Source: Phoronis australis
Taxonomy: Eukaryota > Animalia > Phoronida
Assembly (NCBI GenBank): GCA_002633005.1
Contig: NMRA01000482.1
Location: 201,462-265,461 of the forward strand
Reading direction: 5' to 3'
Length of the DNA stretch: 64,000 nucleotides
Position 1 is the first letter of the stretch. Every line of letters begins with the position of its first letter. The notes beneath the pieces are model-generated. The model had not been told where the DNA came from. It worked only from the letters and a program-made list of their open reading frames with translations, and made no database searches. The position numbers and the translations under genes are program-made. Positions 27,561-41,700 of this stretch are shown here, in pieces.

Positions 27561-30500
27561 ATGTCAAGGAATTTGTTGAAACAAATGCCAGGAATCTGAT
27601 TAACTTGTGTTTTTGAATGAGAAAAGACAAGTTTTTTAGCCGTGACCTACTTTTGATGCAAAATGGTGGTCATTTGCTTTCAACCAGTCGCCTGCTGTTC
27701 GAGAAACCGGGTGCGATTTCAGGTGTCTGTCAGACAGATAAAAATTGACAGAAAAGTAGCTGGCAAGAGCATACTATGACCACAATTTTAGAATCTAAAG
27801 AGTGCGAGCATTCTGAATCTGTAGTCGGATTTTTCCTAGCACTTGCAGGCAAGGGCAATTTTGAGGAGAAAACTGTCAAATTTGGTGTTTTTGGGGATTT
27901 TTTCCGATGTGAATTAACCGATTAAAAATTTGTGGCGTAATTAAGTTTCAGTTGTCATGAGTAGTGCTTGTGAGTTGGGAATGCTACAAAACCCTTTTGC
28001 TGTTTTCAAACATTCGATTAGCACGTGAGGATAGGACCCATCTCTACTTCGGTGTGTATCGGCAGTCAAAAGCTTGTAATAACTGTAGTGTGCCCCAAAT
28101 TGCAACGGGGACCGCCATCTTGAAGAAGAGTGCAGCTACAGACTAGCAAGTGATCTTTTCTTATTCCCATCATGTTCACAAATAGAAACAAACCAGATTC
28201 ACTAGGCCTATATGCAACGCCTACCTCAAAATTGCAACCAAGCCTGCCGTTCCCATACAATTTAAAATGTTGTCCCTGCAAATAGGCCGCGCCTGCAACC
28301 AAGCTGTACAGACAGGTCTTCTAATTCGCGATGTATTCGCATCAGCAGCTCATTGTCATGAACAGAGCCACAACATGCGCCATGCGCTAGTTAACAGATG
28401 TGTATGGACAGTCCACATGAGGTGGAGGAAGTTGCACTAGTGCAAGTTGTTCTAAGGGTAAGCCTGTGTAGGAACGAGGCCTTAAGCATCTACATATTTT
28501 AAATGTCTTTGGTTTGAATTTTTATTTCAGCGTATGGTAGACCACCAAACGCACACTTATATTGGATTTGTTGCTTTGACTACTTGTATTAATGCTTTTA
28601 ATTGGTACATAAATATTCCTGCAGCATGCCAACATAAGGCTTGATTGCCGACACAATTTTAATGCACCAGTTGACCCGAGGTGTGCAAACATATTGCACC
28701 AACAAACTTTTTGAGCTAATAGAGATGCTGTGTCTCCTCAAAACCATGAATATTTACATGTCAGGAAGTGCCACCTTGTCACTTCCTGGAGATCTGTGTG
28801 TACTAGTATAATCAGGAAAAGAAACAATTTGTAAATAAATTGCGGTTTTAAAGAAAACACCACAACTGGTAGCCTTAAAAACAAGTGAGAACGTATAGAA
28901 AACCCTATTAATTCCAAATATTACACAATCGTTATTTGACAGTGAAATGAACAAATAAAAAACTGTGCCTTGTTTCATTATGGTAACAATGGTATTGCCA
29001 TACAATCATGTGTATATTCACAATTTAATGAGACATAGCATCTTTAAACGCGAACACAAACGCGTGAGTCACCAGAGGCCATTTTTGTGTGCTCGTGCAT
29101 GCGTTGTGTTCCATTAGAGAGGTTCAGGTACATTTAAACGCGAACGTGAATGTGTGGTTACATGTTCACGCTCGCGTACGCGTTGCGATGCATTAATTGT
29201 TTCGGCACTTTGCAATGAAGAGGGATGGAAGGGCAAACGCTAATTGATCAGTTTTTGCCGGGTAGATCTTGTTTTGCAGTGTACAGGGGCGTCAGAGCCC
29301 ACTTGCGCCCCCATGACTACACTATTTGCTCTCCCAGACGCCAAAAGAGAGGTAAGGGTGTGGGAAATTGGTGGGGACAAGGAGAGGGGGCGAAATAGGC
29401 GGCGACCAGGAGATATACATGTAAGTGGCACCCGTGAGGTGCGACCAGGGGTGTCGGAGCTACGACCGTGGTGACATCACTATATTTTGGCCCCAATGAA
29501 ATCAATATCTGAGCATTCATAACAATCCTAAGCTGTCATTGTTTCAGATGTCAACGTCTGTTTTGAGCAAAAAATTATGCTGAAAAAATCTCTGTGTCCA
29601 ATTGTCGAACTCTCAGTTATCTCTGTTTGCTTTAAATATGTCTAGTCAATGCATTCCTCTGACTTGCTTTCATGATATTTTACCGAAATTGGATGTTTGT
29701 GTACAAAACACCAATACAATTTTTCTGTGACTCCCAACAACAGCAGGTTACCTTGAGAAAAAGCAGCAGAGCCAAGATGGCCTCAAAACAAAGGTCATTT
29801 TTCAGACATTCAACCAAGTAAAACAAATCCACAAAGATACACCATGCTCTGGATGGTTAAACATTCTAAAACCATTATGAATTGCGTAAAATTAACGATG
29901 ATAATTGATGAATTAAATGTCACGCTATGACGTAGTAAGTTAATAATACCGACCTCGCACATTCTCGTTCGCGTCTCTGACGTAGATCGATCACCAAAAA
30001 TACTCCTGAAAAGCACGTAGGCTATTTTCAATCTTGCCATGATTGATAAGTTTTAAGGTTACACATCTCCGTGTACTTCTCGGAGTTATACTGACCGAAA
30101 CATTCAGCATTTAAACTGATTCTTCAATATTGCAAAATACGACAGTGGTTTTCAAGATACGTTCGGTCATTCTTACATATCAAGTACATTTCCGCACTTA
30201 AGTTTTATCTGGTATGATATCAAAACCAAGCGATTTTGTTAAATTTGTTATGTCTTTGAACAGTGTCTTCTGTCAACGTGGATGGTGTCAGAAATAGGTG
30301 AAGCTGGAAGTTGTGTATACCGGTATGAACCTCGTGTTGTGTGCAGCCCATGAGACAGAAGCCTGAGTAGAATGTTTGGACATACTGACTGCTCTATAAG
30401 TAATTCTCCATGAAGCTTTGATGGGCTCAAGTTTTGCAGCGGCTTACTACGTATGTAATTTTCCATGAAGCTTGGCGCCCGCCAGCTCTCGTGAGCGACG

Positions 30501-31333
30501 CTGTGGAGGACTCTGAGTTCAAGTTTTACAGCGGACTTCTCCGTATGCAATTCTCCGTAAAATTTTCACCTGTCAGCTCTCGTCAGCGACGCTGTGTTTT
30601 AGCAAAGCTTCGGTACTCAACGAAACTTCGGTCTACTGGGAAAGGTCACAACGAAACTTCGACGAAGTTATCGATAGAAGTCGCGGCAACGATATAGAAT
30701 CACGCGAGACTCCATGAGAGAAGTCCTGCAAAACGTGTTCTTTGTTATTGTAGCGTAAATACAAAAATACATATCATGGCAGTGTTCATTTTTTATGAAC
30801 ACTGGTAAATATCAGTTTGCCTAAGAGTGCCACTGATCTGCGTCAGCTGGTGTTCGCTCCGATTACTGATTCGCCATCTATTGATAACGCCGGTATCGCT
30901 GTATAGTGGGTAAGTAAGTCAAGTTTCGGCGAATTTCGGTAAAAGGAGGTTCCCCTGTTGAAAAATACCTTGATGCTCAAACGGTTTTCGTTACCCTTTG
31001 TTTTTAGTAAAAGTTGACACAAGGGCCATTAATTGTAAACTAACTAGGATAATTTTGCTTTGTTTGTACTAGTGTTACGGCCTAAAAACTGATCAATCAA
31101 TGACTGTGCAAATACATTTAAAATTACAAAGCCACGACAGTGAGGAAATTGAATAACTATGACAGAGAACGAAAACTACAAAGACTGGAAACTAACTGAA
31201 ACTGATGACAATAAACAAAAGGTCAAAGCCTGACTAAGTTGTTGAATCACCTTTTACCACTGATGTAGATATTTAAGTTGAGCCTGGTTATGTTCAAATA
31301 CGCAGCCTCAAATAAATCAAACCTATGACATCA

Positions 31334-31435
31334 AATAAACCCTTCCTAATTCTACGTAGACGTATCAGTCTGCAGTTTTTGTCGAAATAAGAATCCGACT
31401 ACAAAGTTTCTCCTTATTGATTCGATCATCTAACG
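31334..31435 (+). promoter_or_regulatory. Putative core promoter (TATA degenerate) and non-coding first exon, copy 3
   Basis: AATAAAC at the TATA-homologous position 31334, TCAGTC 31365, donor GTAAGT 31436. Confidence 0.55.
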
Positions 31436-31698
31436 GTAAGTCAATCAACTGTTTTTACTACATTTCAAGAATGACATAACACGGAATAACATCACAAATC
31501 TTCATGGGCGGGATGAATAGCAGGCACATCCTTCACCCCATACATGAAGTATGTCAAGTTATTTATGTATTTCCATATTTAAATGAATTGCTTAAAACTT
31601 TCCTATTTCCATTCTGCGCGTAGCACTCTAGACTGTAATGAGATAAACATTGTTACAGGCCTCGTTATTGAAACTTTTATTCTACATACATGACAGAT

Positions 31699-34030
31699 AT
31701 GAAGTCGACAGTTTGCTTGTTCGTCTTAGTCCTCTTGCTGGGAACGCTGTTTTGCCATACGGTGAGCACTGAAAACTCCGAGAATGGTAAGTCATACGTG
31801 TATGATATGGAAAGCATCGAACATAAACACGAAGTGTGTATTATTTTCAACAAAAATTTTAATTGTTGTTCGATTGAAAATGAGCTCCCAAAACAGCGTG
31901 TATAGTATTCACATGGCAGAGTTAAGGAACATTTCGCAAATTACAGGCCTCTTTGTATTTAGAGTTTAAGTTCACCAAAATGAAGTATAATGTCACTCAC
32001 CTGTCGCTTTCAATTTACCCCCCCCCCCAGATATTAATAAATTTAAGAATGCTCGATTCTTTATGTATGAGAGCCATTCCTGGGATTAATATTTGTCGAT
32101 AAAAGTTTGAATTAATGTCGTTGATAGTGTTGCATATAAATCAAAGCGGAGTAAACCCCGTGCTTTCTGCCAAAACAAATAAAAAATAATAACCAGGCCA
32201 CTAGCCGTTGTAAAGTTGGTCTTGTCTTTTACAGTACTCAGTTTAGAAGGAGTGATCTTTGGAAAAGGGAAGAACTGACAATTCCTCATTTCTTCTGACA
32301 ACTTTAATGAAGCTTCCAGTCGTGTTGTGACCTGAACTTTCATGAGCTTGGTCTGACAAAAAACGAAACAGCAGTTTTTACAAGCTCATAAATCACATAT
32401 ACATGTATTTTGGTTAAGGAACAAATTTATTGGGGTAAGTAGTTAAAATCGAAAACTTGTTTAAGACAGAAAGCACAGGTTTAATGCCTCTTTAAAGGGA
32501 ACCGGCATTGTTTGCCAAAAAACCGCAAAGAAAACGTTGCTTTGCGGCAAATAAATAATTGACTAAAATTTTTATATCACGTAACAGGTTACCTAAGAGA
32601 TTTGATACACTTTTGACGATTTAGATTTGTCTTTGGTTTCTTTTGTTTTTTCAAATATTTCAATGTGAATTTGCCAGCTCTAAAACAGTAATAACGTGGT
32701 CCTCGCAAAATTAGTCTGTTACAGACGTCTGAATAGAGGTGCCTCTGGTATAAAAATATTGAAATTGATATGAGTTACCTAAAAGCCTCCTCAAACTAAA
32801 TCCTGTAAATTAGCGATTGACATCCTTTTGAAAATGGAATGTTTACGTTGCGTGATGTCAGTTTTATGCTACAGCGGCTTAATACAGTAAGTCCCTGTAT
32901 TAATGATTTTCTTACGTCGGCGTAAGTAAACGATTTCCCTTGATTTTGACTAAGTTGCATTTTACATTTTTCAATTAACTAATTTATACAAACAATTGCA
33001 CTCTTAAAATGAGCTCCGTTGAGAATTAGAGACCATTGACAAACCAACTTTTCTGATCAAAACGAGTAGTCGAACCATTTAATCTAATTCTGATCCAAGG
33101 TGTAGAGTTTATCTCATCAATCCAGGGTCCAGTACTACCATTTTCGCCTATACCATACTTTGAATTCCAGTAAAAACTACTTCGATTCCGGAACAGTAAC
33201 TTCTTACCTCTGGATCGCAGAATTAGACCCTGAACGCATTGCTTATGAGTTCTAAAGGCGGGATACGTGCGGGGCATTACGTCTACTTAACCGTACGAGA
33301 ATTCACAATGTAAAAAATGATACAATGTTCGGACAAAATAACTGGATGCATGCAATGATGAATGAAATGGCACTGGATAATTTTTGTTTTGTTTCGTTTA
33401 GTTTTGTAAACAAAAAAATAAATGAGTAATAATTTAACAAAAAATACAGCATTCAGTTGTTTTTTACCGTTTATTTTTCCTTGGTGTGGGCCTCACAACT
33501 GCTCTTTTTGCCTCACTTTACCGGCTGAGGAATACCACAAAAGTCAAAATCTCCTAACAGACAAGTAATCCCATTCTCACTTCCCGATGATACTTGGAGC
33601 AATGGTGATGTGAGGCCGTATTTCAAAGGTGTAACGCCATGATATTTCAGCCTTCGGAAGAATTCGTCGGAAACCATACACCTATATAGGTTCGTGCCTA
33701 AAATGGAGCGAATGCCACTCAAAGTGCAGAGAACGGTCGTACAACGGTGGTACTTGCATCCGTAGGAATTGTTACTGCTACTAGTAAGTTCAAATCAACT
33801 GTGTCGTGTTGCTTATCCATAGCACCTATATTAACACATTGTTCTAGTCAAAGGTTAAATCATATCAAAAAGCCAAGTTTATAGTTATAGGTTTCAGTGT
33901 AGTGAACGACTTGTTAGTACTTGCTCATCAGCTGAGCGTTCTTGTACATATTAACGGTCCAAATTAATGCGCACACTTATAATCCAACTGATAATTTTGA
34001 TCTATTTATAAATTAATTTTGAATTCCAGG
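31699..34030 (+). CDS. CS-alpha-beta defensin-like secreted peptide precursor, copy 3 (73 aa; coding exons 31699-31786, 33651-33783, 34030)
   Basis: MKSTVCLFVLVLLLGTLFCHTVSTENSEN|AFGRIRRKP YTYIGSCLKWSECHSKCRERSYNGGTCIRRNCYCY*. Splice sites conserved. AATAAA at 34112-34117. Confidence 0.88.
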
Positions 34031-37000
34031 TAAAGAGATATAAGTTGGAATGAAAGTGGAGGCATCAGTACAGAAAGATTTCTGATTGGACATGATCGTG
34101 ATTTGGGGCTAAATAAAGGATGCTGTTCTGCACTTGTAGTTTTGTTGATGAGGAGGCTAACCCCCTTTGATAAAACGGGACCAGGATCAAAGAGAGTCGT
34201 GCTGTGAACTACACGAAGCATCCCTGTGATAACGACGGGGCACTTACATTCTTTGAAGTTGGCGAAGTTACTCGGGGGAATTAAACTCTACATACACAAA
34301 TACAAACATGCACATGTATCGTATATGGTCGGCTACAAATTAAAACACAGAATAGACTGTTATTAAAACGAAGTTTCCTCTGTACGTTTGACCTAAATTA
34401 GCAGATTGAATCCAACAAAATTGAACTAAAATTGCCTTTTCATTTTCGTAACTGGTTTCGTGATTGGCATCAAGCGGCTCTAATTTTGAATTTTCTAAAT
34501 TTGATGCCAACAATCCTGTCTGAACATGGATGACAATTTGACACTCTCGTTACTTGTCCATGGCCTGTTTTGGCATGGCGATTTGTTGGTAAATCGATTC
34601 CATGCAAAAAAAGCCAACGGTCTCTTATACAGAGCTCACAAGTTTTTCAGGAACTCGTTGAAACAAGGCGCTGGTTTTCCGAGAAATTTAATGTTTTATA
34701 GGTCCTTAAGAAATTGCCTAGGTCCGGTTAGCTTCGAAACATCAAATCTCAGAAATGGTCTCTCGGATACACAGGAAATTTTTGGATACTACGATTTATG
34801 TTCGCCAAAACAATGAAACAAGTCATGTGTAATGTTCCACTTTTCAAAGGGGGCTATTAAAATGAGACTTTTATGGTTCTCAAAAAAACAGAAGTTGCAT
34901 AAAATGAAAACAAACTGACAATTTAGTAAACGGCAACGTTTTTGAGATTTCATCTTGGACATTTATGTTGTGCTAGATTAGGTAATGACGCAAGCCAGAA
35001 GAACACGCTCTGGTTATACCATGACCTCGCGCAGTAGGCTACGCGTATTTTGTTTTGTTTATTTTTGCTTTACAATATACTGAGGCGTGAACCTGGAAGT
35101 CAACAACTGCAAACGATGGGGAACTGTGAACACCTCGCATTCCTGGCAGAATCTAGACTATACTTTGCCGAGGAGACCAGAGCATAATTATCCACAGTGA
35201 ATAAGTCTAGAGTCGGGTTCGGACCTTCGTAGGTCCTCCAAAATTTAGAAAATCGAATGGGTAAGATTAGACGGCACTTTTGTAGACTAAATGGGAATTA
35301 ACTTGAGATTGCCACGAATGATATTCAGTAGTTGCTTGAAGTTGTTTTGCGAAAATTGGGTCCAGAATTTTGGCTTCTGCTCTTCTTTACCCGGATATGG
35401 TATTGCCGCAAATTTCAGACCACATCCTTGGTCAGTGTCTAATTCATGACGCAAATTAATACAGATAATCTCCTGACAAGTGGACATTGTCAAAACTCTT
35501 TTCAGTGATGACGTATTTTAACCTAAAGTTCTGGACTCTAGAGTGAAACAAGGATCAGAGTCTGGTATCCTATTTCATAGCACGGGGTAGCCGTGACTTT
35601 GTGGTTTTAGGTACAAAAAGCCAAAATCGTACTTTTGGAGACATTTTTTGCATCTCATTTTTCCAGTGGAAATAGCAAGGAGAGAATACCGTTGACTTTG
35701 TTGAATTTTTTCGTCTTTGAAGAATCCCATCGAATGTACTTTCTGTCGGCTATGCCTTTTTCCGGTGTCTTGAGACACTTCTACTAAAAAAGGTCTTTCA
35801 CTGGCCTAGAGCAGTGACAAGGTCAAGATCAGCCACTATAGATCTGTGATCTTTTCCCTTGTCTCCCTCTCCATGGTCACTGATGATATATAGGATTTCC
35901 TGAGCCCTTTATATCATTCTCCATTACATGTATTTCTAACATATGTCACACAGGTTTGGTTAAGTCCTCAGTGGGGCGATCTAAACGTTGCTGATTCTTT
36001 CTCTAATATGTCCAGTGCAGATTTATAGTCTTTCTTACATTCTGTCAACTTGGTGACAATTTATTTTATTTTACCTTATACTTGAATATGTTGAATACGA
36101 CAGCATTTCAAGTTGCGTTCTGTCAGCAGTTTTAAGCGCTCATTATCTGCTATAACATGGAAACGACGCGTTTCTTGTTACACCATTTTATATCGCCATT
36201 GTATTTTGTCGCACTTGGTGGATGCATCAAAATGTCCTTTCCAAAGCAGTTAAAAACATGCTAAGTTTCGTGAAACCTCTTTGACGAATGAGAAAATTTT
36301 AAAGACATTGACAAAAGGACATTTGATGGGAGTGCTTTGTGTCGTACATGTATATTCTTCATCTCTGAGGGTTCTCTCAGGGTCTCATGCCGTCGGATGC
36401 GAAAGCACACGTAGTTTCACAGGTACACGATATAACAACTACCCCATATACAAAGCAAAAATGCGAAGAGAACATACACTTTGAATGCATGAGTACTTAG
36501 TTTTCATTTAATGATGGATTTTCATTCCATACTTCTAAAACAAGACGCAGAGACGTATAAAATAGGTGAAGTCTACAACTTGCAGCGACCCCTAATAGTC
36601 TATAAGGAAAACCACAGTATGGGTACGTAAGCAGTTCTTGTACCGTGTTATTGCGGTTCATTCTCGATAGGGGTGGGGTGAGCAACTGGCAGATTACGCA
36701 GGCAATTACTAGGTCGCCGCATGAGAAATGATAGAATGACAGTGCGGTTATCGGGAAGATCAGAAGGCACCGTCAATAACTGAAGGCCTGACGTAATAAC
36801 GGCATGCTTTTAGACGTGCTTCTGAAAAGTAAATAATTCAACCTTTGCACGCTACATGTAATGTCACGGTGAATCGAGCCTATGACCAACGAGAAGCTCG
36901 GATTGGCTGGCGTCGCATGGCAAAACGTGGCGTCCACTTTGCATTATTGTATACGGAAACGATGATTGCAGTTCCGTGCTGTTGTAACAATGGATGTAAT

Positions 37001-37249
37001 AAAAACGCATTTTAATTAATTGTTTTTTAACTAGAATTCGCATAAGGTTATACAAACTTATTTTCTGCACCATGTCGTTGATGGTTCTGATGCATGCCCT
37101 TGTAAATAATAATGGTGATGTTTTAAAAGTATTAGTAACAGGACTTCGGAATCCTCTTGAAGCTAAGTGTGAAGCCTGGTTTAGGCCACAGCGTCGACTT
37201 ATGGCATTTGTACTTTGATTCAAAACACCGGTGATGTCTTCTGGTGTGA

Positions 37250-38770
37250 AAATGAGACATTTTAAATTAAACACATTTAGGATTGCGATTTAGAAATATG
37301 TAGAGCTAACTTATCAGATGCTGGTCTCTATTTAGAGATTAGTATTATCAGCTTTTCAACCAGCTCTTTAACTTATGTCTTCTTTTCAATTTGAAAGAGA
37401 AGCGTTAAAAATGTCACAAAACGTTTCGTGCAGTTACAATATTATGAATTTCTTGATCCATGATCACACTTTTTCGAGTTTCAGAGAATATTCCAGCAGA
37501 TATTATTTAATCTTCTCCCAGGTCCATCTGTTCTTCCCAATGTCTCCAACAGTTTCCTCTTTCGTTTCTAAATGCCGGTTTTATCTCTTCAAAGCTGAGC
37601 AGAACAACATTAGTCGAATTCTTAAAACGATTGCGAGATGAAAAATATGTAAGATGAGCTGACGTAATCATTTGATTAGAAATCATTTCATACAAGCCAA
37701 CTAAGATACTGAAAAACACAAAGTAACTTAAGTCAGTTAGGGAAAGACAAAATTGCTCAATAGATTAGGTGACAGAAATGTCCAGTATCCGCTTTTTTAA
37801 CACAAAAGAAAGCATGGTAGGTCAGAGCAGAAATAACACGTTGATTCCAACGAGCAGCAACTTGACATGCATTTCTTTAGCTTTCATGTTATCTATATTC
37901 CGGAACACACTTCTTTTGTTTGAATATTCAAATACTGAGCATTTCTTTAAAAACATGGGGCAGACCATTAAATTAACATTTTGTTTTATTTACATTTTAT
38001 AATGTGGTCCAACTGTCTGATTTTACTAAGTTGACTTCTACTAAGAATAACCAGATGACACTGTGAACTATAACTTTTCTGCCACTACTTTTAAAACGAT
38101 AGAAGTCCGATCCGACTAGTTTAAATCTACAGCAACTTCTTCACTTAATTTTAAAGCTGTCGTAATATCCATTTGTTTTTAAACAACTAATGCCTGTGAC
38201 CACCATCTTGAAATGTTTATTACACTGCCTGTTTTCGGGTTGGTTTTAGCTTCAACACCCACTCCTGCTCTCATCGCTTATCATTAGGCTCAACATTGCG
38301 TACTGGTGATACATTGTATTGCGGTTGCCGTCGCGCTAGATACCGCTTGCTAGATGGCGATGATCACCGGTATGCCGCCTTTGTTTGTTACATCAGAAAC
38401 GAACTAGGTTGGGAATTTGTAGAAGAACTTGAAAATGGTCCAAACGAGCGTTTTCAGGTGATCACACCTGATCGAGACTTTGATCTATTTGGTGATATGA
38501 TTGAAACCATTACCAGAAGCATCAACCGCAGTCAAAGAGTAATCTTCGTTTTTCTAGAGAATTTTTTCGCAGCTACTGTAGTACCTTTGAACTAAACCTG
38601 GCATTGACCGAAGCCATCGAAAAGAGACGCAAGTTTGTTATTCTAATATTCTACGAGAATATTCCGAAGAAAGAAATGCCGCGTCACCCAGTGTTTCATG
38701 TGTCACGTGACCTATGCATCATGGCCCCAAATGAAACTTAAAGTCCATCCCCTTACCTGCTAAACTGCTC
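37250..38770 (+). pseudogene. Toll-like receptor pseudogene (degenerate LRR remnants, TM, TIR domain)
   Basis: 38213-38310 hydrophobic segment plus a YH.RLNIAYW-type juxtamembrane motif. TIR boxes YAAFVCY, ITPDRDFDLFGDMIETITRSINRSQRVIFVFLENF, then after a frameshift FELNLALTEAIEKRRKFVILIFYENIPKKEMP and, shifted again, HVTYASWP. The upstream boundary is uncertain. Confidence 0.8.
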
Positions 38771-41700
38771 AAAGGGGAGTTTTGAAAGTTAGCAAATGTA
38801 TTCTAGCCAAGACGTCTATGGTTGACGTTGATCTTAGGACGAGTCCGACTACTGTGGCGCTAGCTAGTGACATTTTTGCATTTGTGCTTGCACGTCCTTC
38901 AGTTAATCACCAGCAGTATCTTTGCAAAATTTGGAAAGCGTTTTCGTGTAAATGTCGCAACGGAGAAAAAGGACTTTCGGATGTATCCAAATATCTCTGT
39001 ACTTCCTGGTTTCCATTTAGTTTTCTACATTTACCTGTGTGTCTTCAGAGATCCTCGATATATTTTCATATTTGGCAGATAGGTTTCCATTACGCAGTAT
39101 TCCCGCGTTTCGGTGTACTTGACCACTACTGGCCACTTTTGATTATCTACAGTTTTGTTTTGGTGTCTTTCCCTAGCTACCAACCGCTTCAAGGACAATT
39201 ATGAAAGTTAGCAGAAGTCATTTTTACTTAGAAGACCATGGCTGACACTAATTTTGAACAGGTCCAATTACTCTGACGAGCCCCTATTAGGCAATCTTTG
39301 TTTGCATCTGTACCTTCGTGCATCTCCTTATGATGTTGCTGCATATTTGTTGAACTTGACAAGTGTTTTTTATGTATGTGACAGCGAAGGACGACTACTT
39401 CTGAATGGATAGAGCTACTGATGTGCCCCCTAGTGGCTACTTTATTTTTACATTTACATTTGTATCGTCAGAGTTCCATGATATTTGTCGCATATGTTTC
39501 TATTAAAGAGACGACACTACCTTCCTATTTTCGGACAATTTAAAAGCAGTCTGCGCTACCTATCGGCCATTTTCATTTTTTCTCGCCAAAACAATAAAAA
39601 TTGGTAAGCGTTTTCCTGCTGGCAACACCACGATTGCCGTTGATTTCTGCAGTGCGTCCGCCTACTTTGGCTCCTCTAGTGGGACTTAGCGTTCACAGCT
39701 GATCTTCTAAGCCCGTTGCACGATTTTTGTGAAATATAACAAGTGTAGCCTAAATCTAAGCCTATGCACGAGTCAAAAGAAGGCAATTAATTCACGTACC
39801 ATTGTGCCAGATAGTGGCATCATTTTGAACGTTTGCCTCTGCATCTTCGGACTTCATGGACGGTTTAGTATTACCTTTACAAGATAGGTTTCTATTACAC
39901 AGACGAAAAAGTCTGCATTTCCAGGTTTTACATTCCGCACAACCTGGTGGCCATAAACGCCCGCCCTAGCAGCATATGTTTGCTGTGTTGTTGTGGGTGT
40001 TGCTGTTGGTTCTGAATGAATTGGAAATCGAAAAATATTTCGAAGCTAGGGTTTATTTTATAAAAATGTAAATTACCCTACAAGGACTCTAATGTATGAA
40101 CCAGTTTAAAGACCTATGTGCAATTTTTTCCCTTGTATTCGCAGGGTTTTCGTGCATAGTTTCCGTACTGTAGCTTTGCTTTTGATCGTGTTTAACCCCG
40201 TTTACTGGTTAATAGATGTGCGTGTATCCATCCTTTTCTTGCATACGAAAACCAAACCACTGGCATTTTGTTACTGTGCTTTTCTCTTAATTAAATCATT
40301 TACAAGTCACTATGCCATTCCGCACGTTTTGTGGACACTTCAGTTAACTTATATTTACCTTCAAAAATTGACAGGTTTCCAATTATCCCAGATTACGACT
40401 GGGGTATTTAGCCACCCTTGGGTATAATAGCTTACCGGTAAATCAAGTCATTAGTATTTATAATTAAATTGAAGGAGAAAATAGTCCCAATAATTCAGTG
40501 GTCCCGGATGCATCGTTATTGGTTAATCAGCGGGCGAAATGTCGTTTACTGGTCTTTCGTTGAAATGCACACTGCAATCAGCAAGATAATTTGTTGTACA
40601 ACTGCTGTTAAATTTTCTTTATCAAGCCAGGAATAGAACACACGCCCCCGTCTTTCGCCTTTACAATATATTTTACGGCATAATTGGAAGCCTGGTGTTT
40701 TGAAGACCCTTGCAGCGCAATACCAGGATTTTATTGGAAATGGTGTCTATGAGAAGCTATAGGGCAATCTCTACGATTGATAAATTTCAACTGATGTAAT
40801 TACATGTACCTGTACATGTATATGTGGGGACATTCCAGTCTTTTATATACTTACGTCAGTTTTTGCTATCCTTTTTCTTTTCAAACTTTTTATGTTGCAG
40901 CATCTTTCATGCGCGTAATTATGTCTGCTTTTTTGGTTTGAAACCAGTCGATTGGTCAGTAGAAGCAATCCACAATCCCGTGTCTGCACAGTGTCGTCCA
41001 CATACAGACTTGCGCCAGAATAAAGGTGACGCCTGAAACGAGTTGTCGCTAGGTTTGAGGGAAACTTGCCTCATTTGTGACAACCTTCTACACCTTATCA
41101 AGGTGAGGGACTTGTTTTGGGGATAATTTGCACCACTTCTAATCGCTTTGTGGCCGCAAACCTGACGTAAGGCGGAAGTAATTATGAGTTGTGGTTATAT
41201 AGGGGCACAGAACAGTTCTCAGTTGGTTCTGACTGAAAGAACACATATCAATGGACTTGTCTGCTTTTCTTCACTCTGTCGAGAACCGTTTACAAAGAAT
41301 GAAAATTTTTGAGTCATTTCACGTCTCAAGCTCTACAGATGACCACAGAATCTTTATTTTGATTTTTGAAAACCAAGCTTGTCAAAACACAAGATCGGCA
41401 CTTTTCACCCAAAAGCCACTGTTTCAATACCAGTGCGTGACATAAGCCAACACTAGATTCTGAAAAGAAAGAAGTTTCCTACAAATTCCAAAAACGTGGT
41501 CCAGACGTACTGTCAATCAACTGCTATTTCAATCCTGGATTGATTGAGGGTTGCCTTAAATTGCAGCCGATTTGTCAGTCGCAACCCAGCAATGCACAAA
41601 CGCCACAGGGGCCGCCATCTTGCAGACGAGTGCAGCTACAGTCCAGCGACAAGTGGTCTTTTCTAATTTCCAACATGTTCACATATAAGGATTTGGCCAC

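Noticed and set aside
38782-39204. 140-aa ORF downstream of the TIR remnant, and other 60-140 aa ORFs in spacers
   Set aside because: No recognisable motif, non-ATG or chance starts, and no conservation between units.
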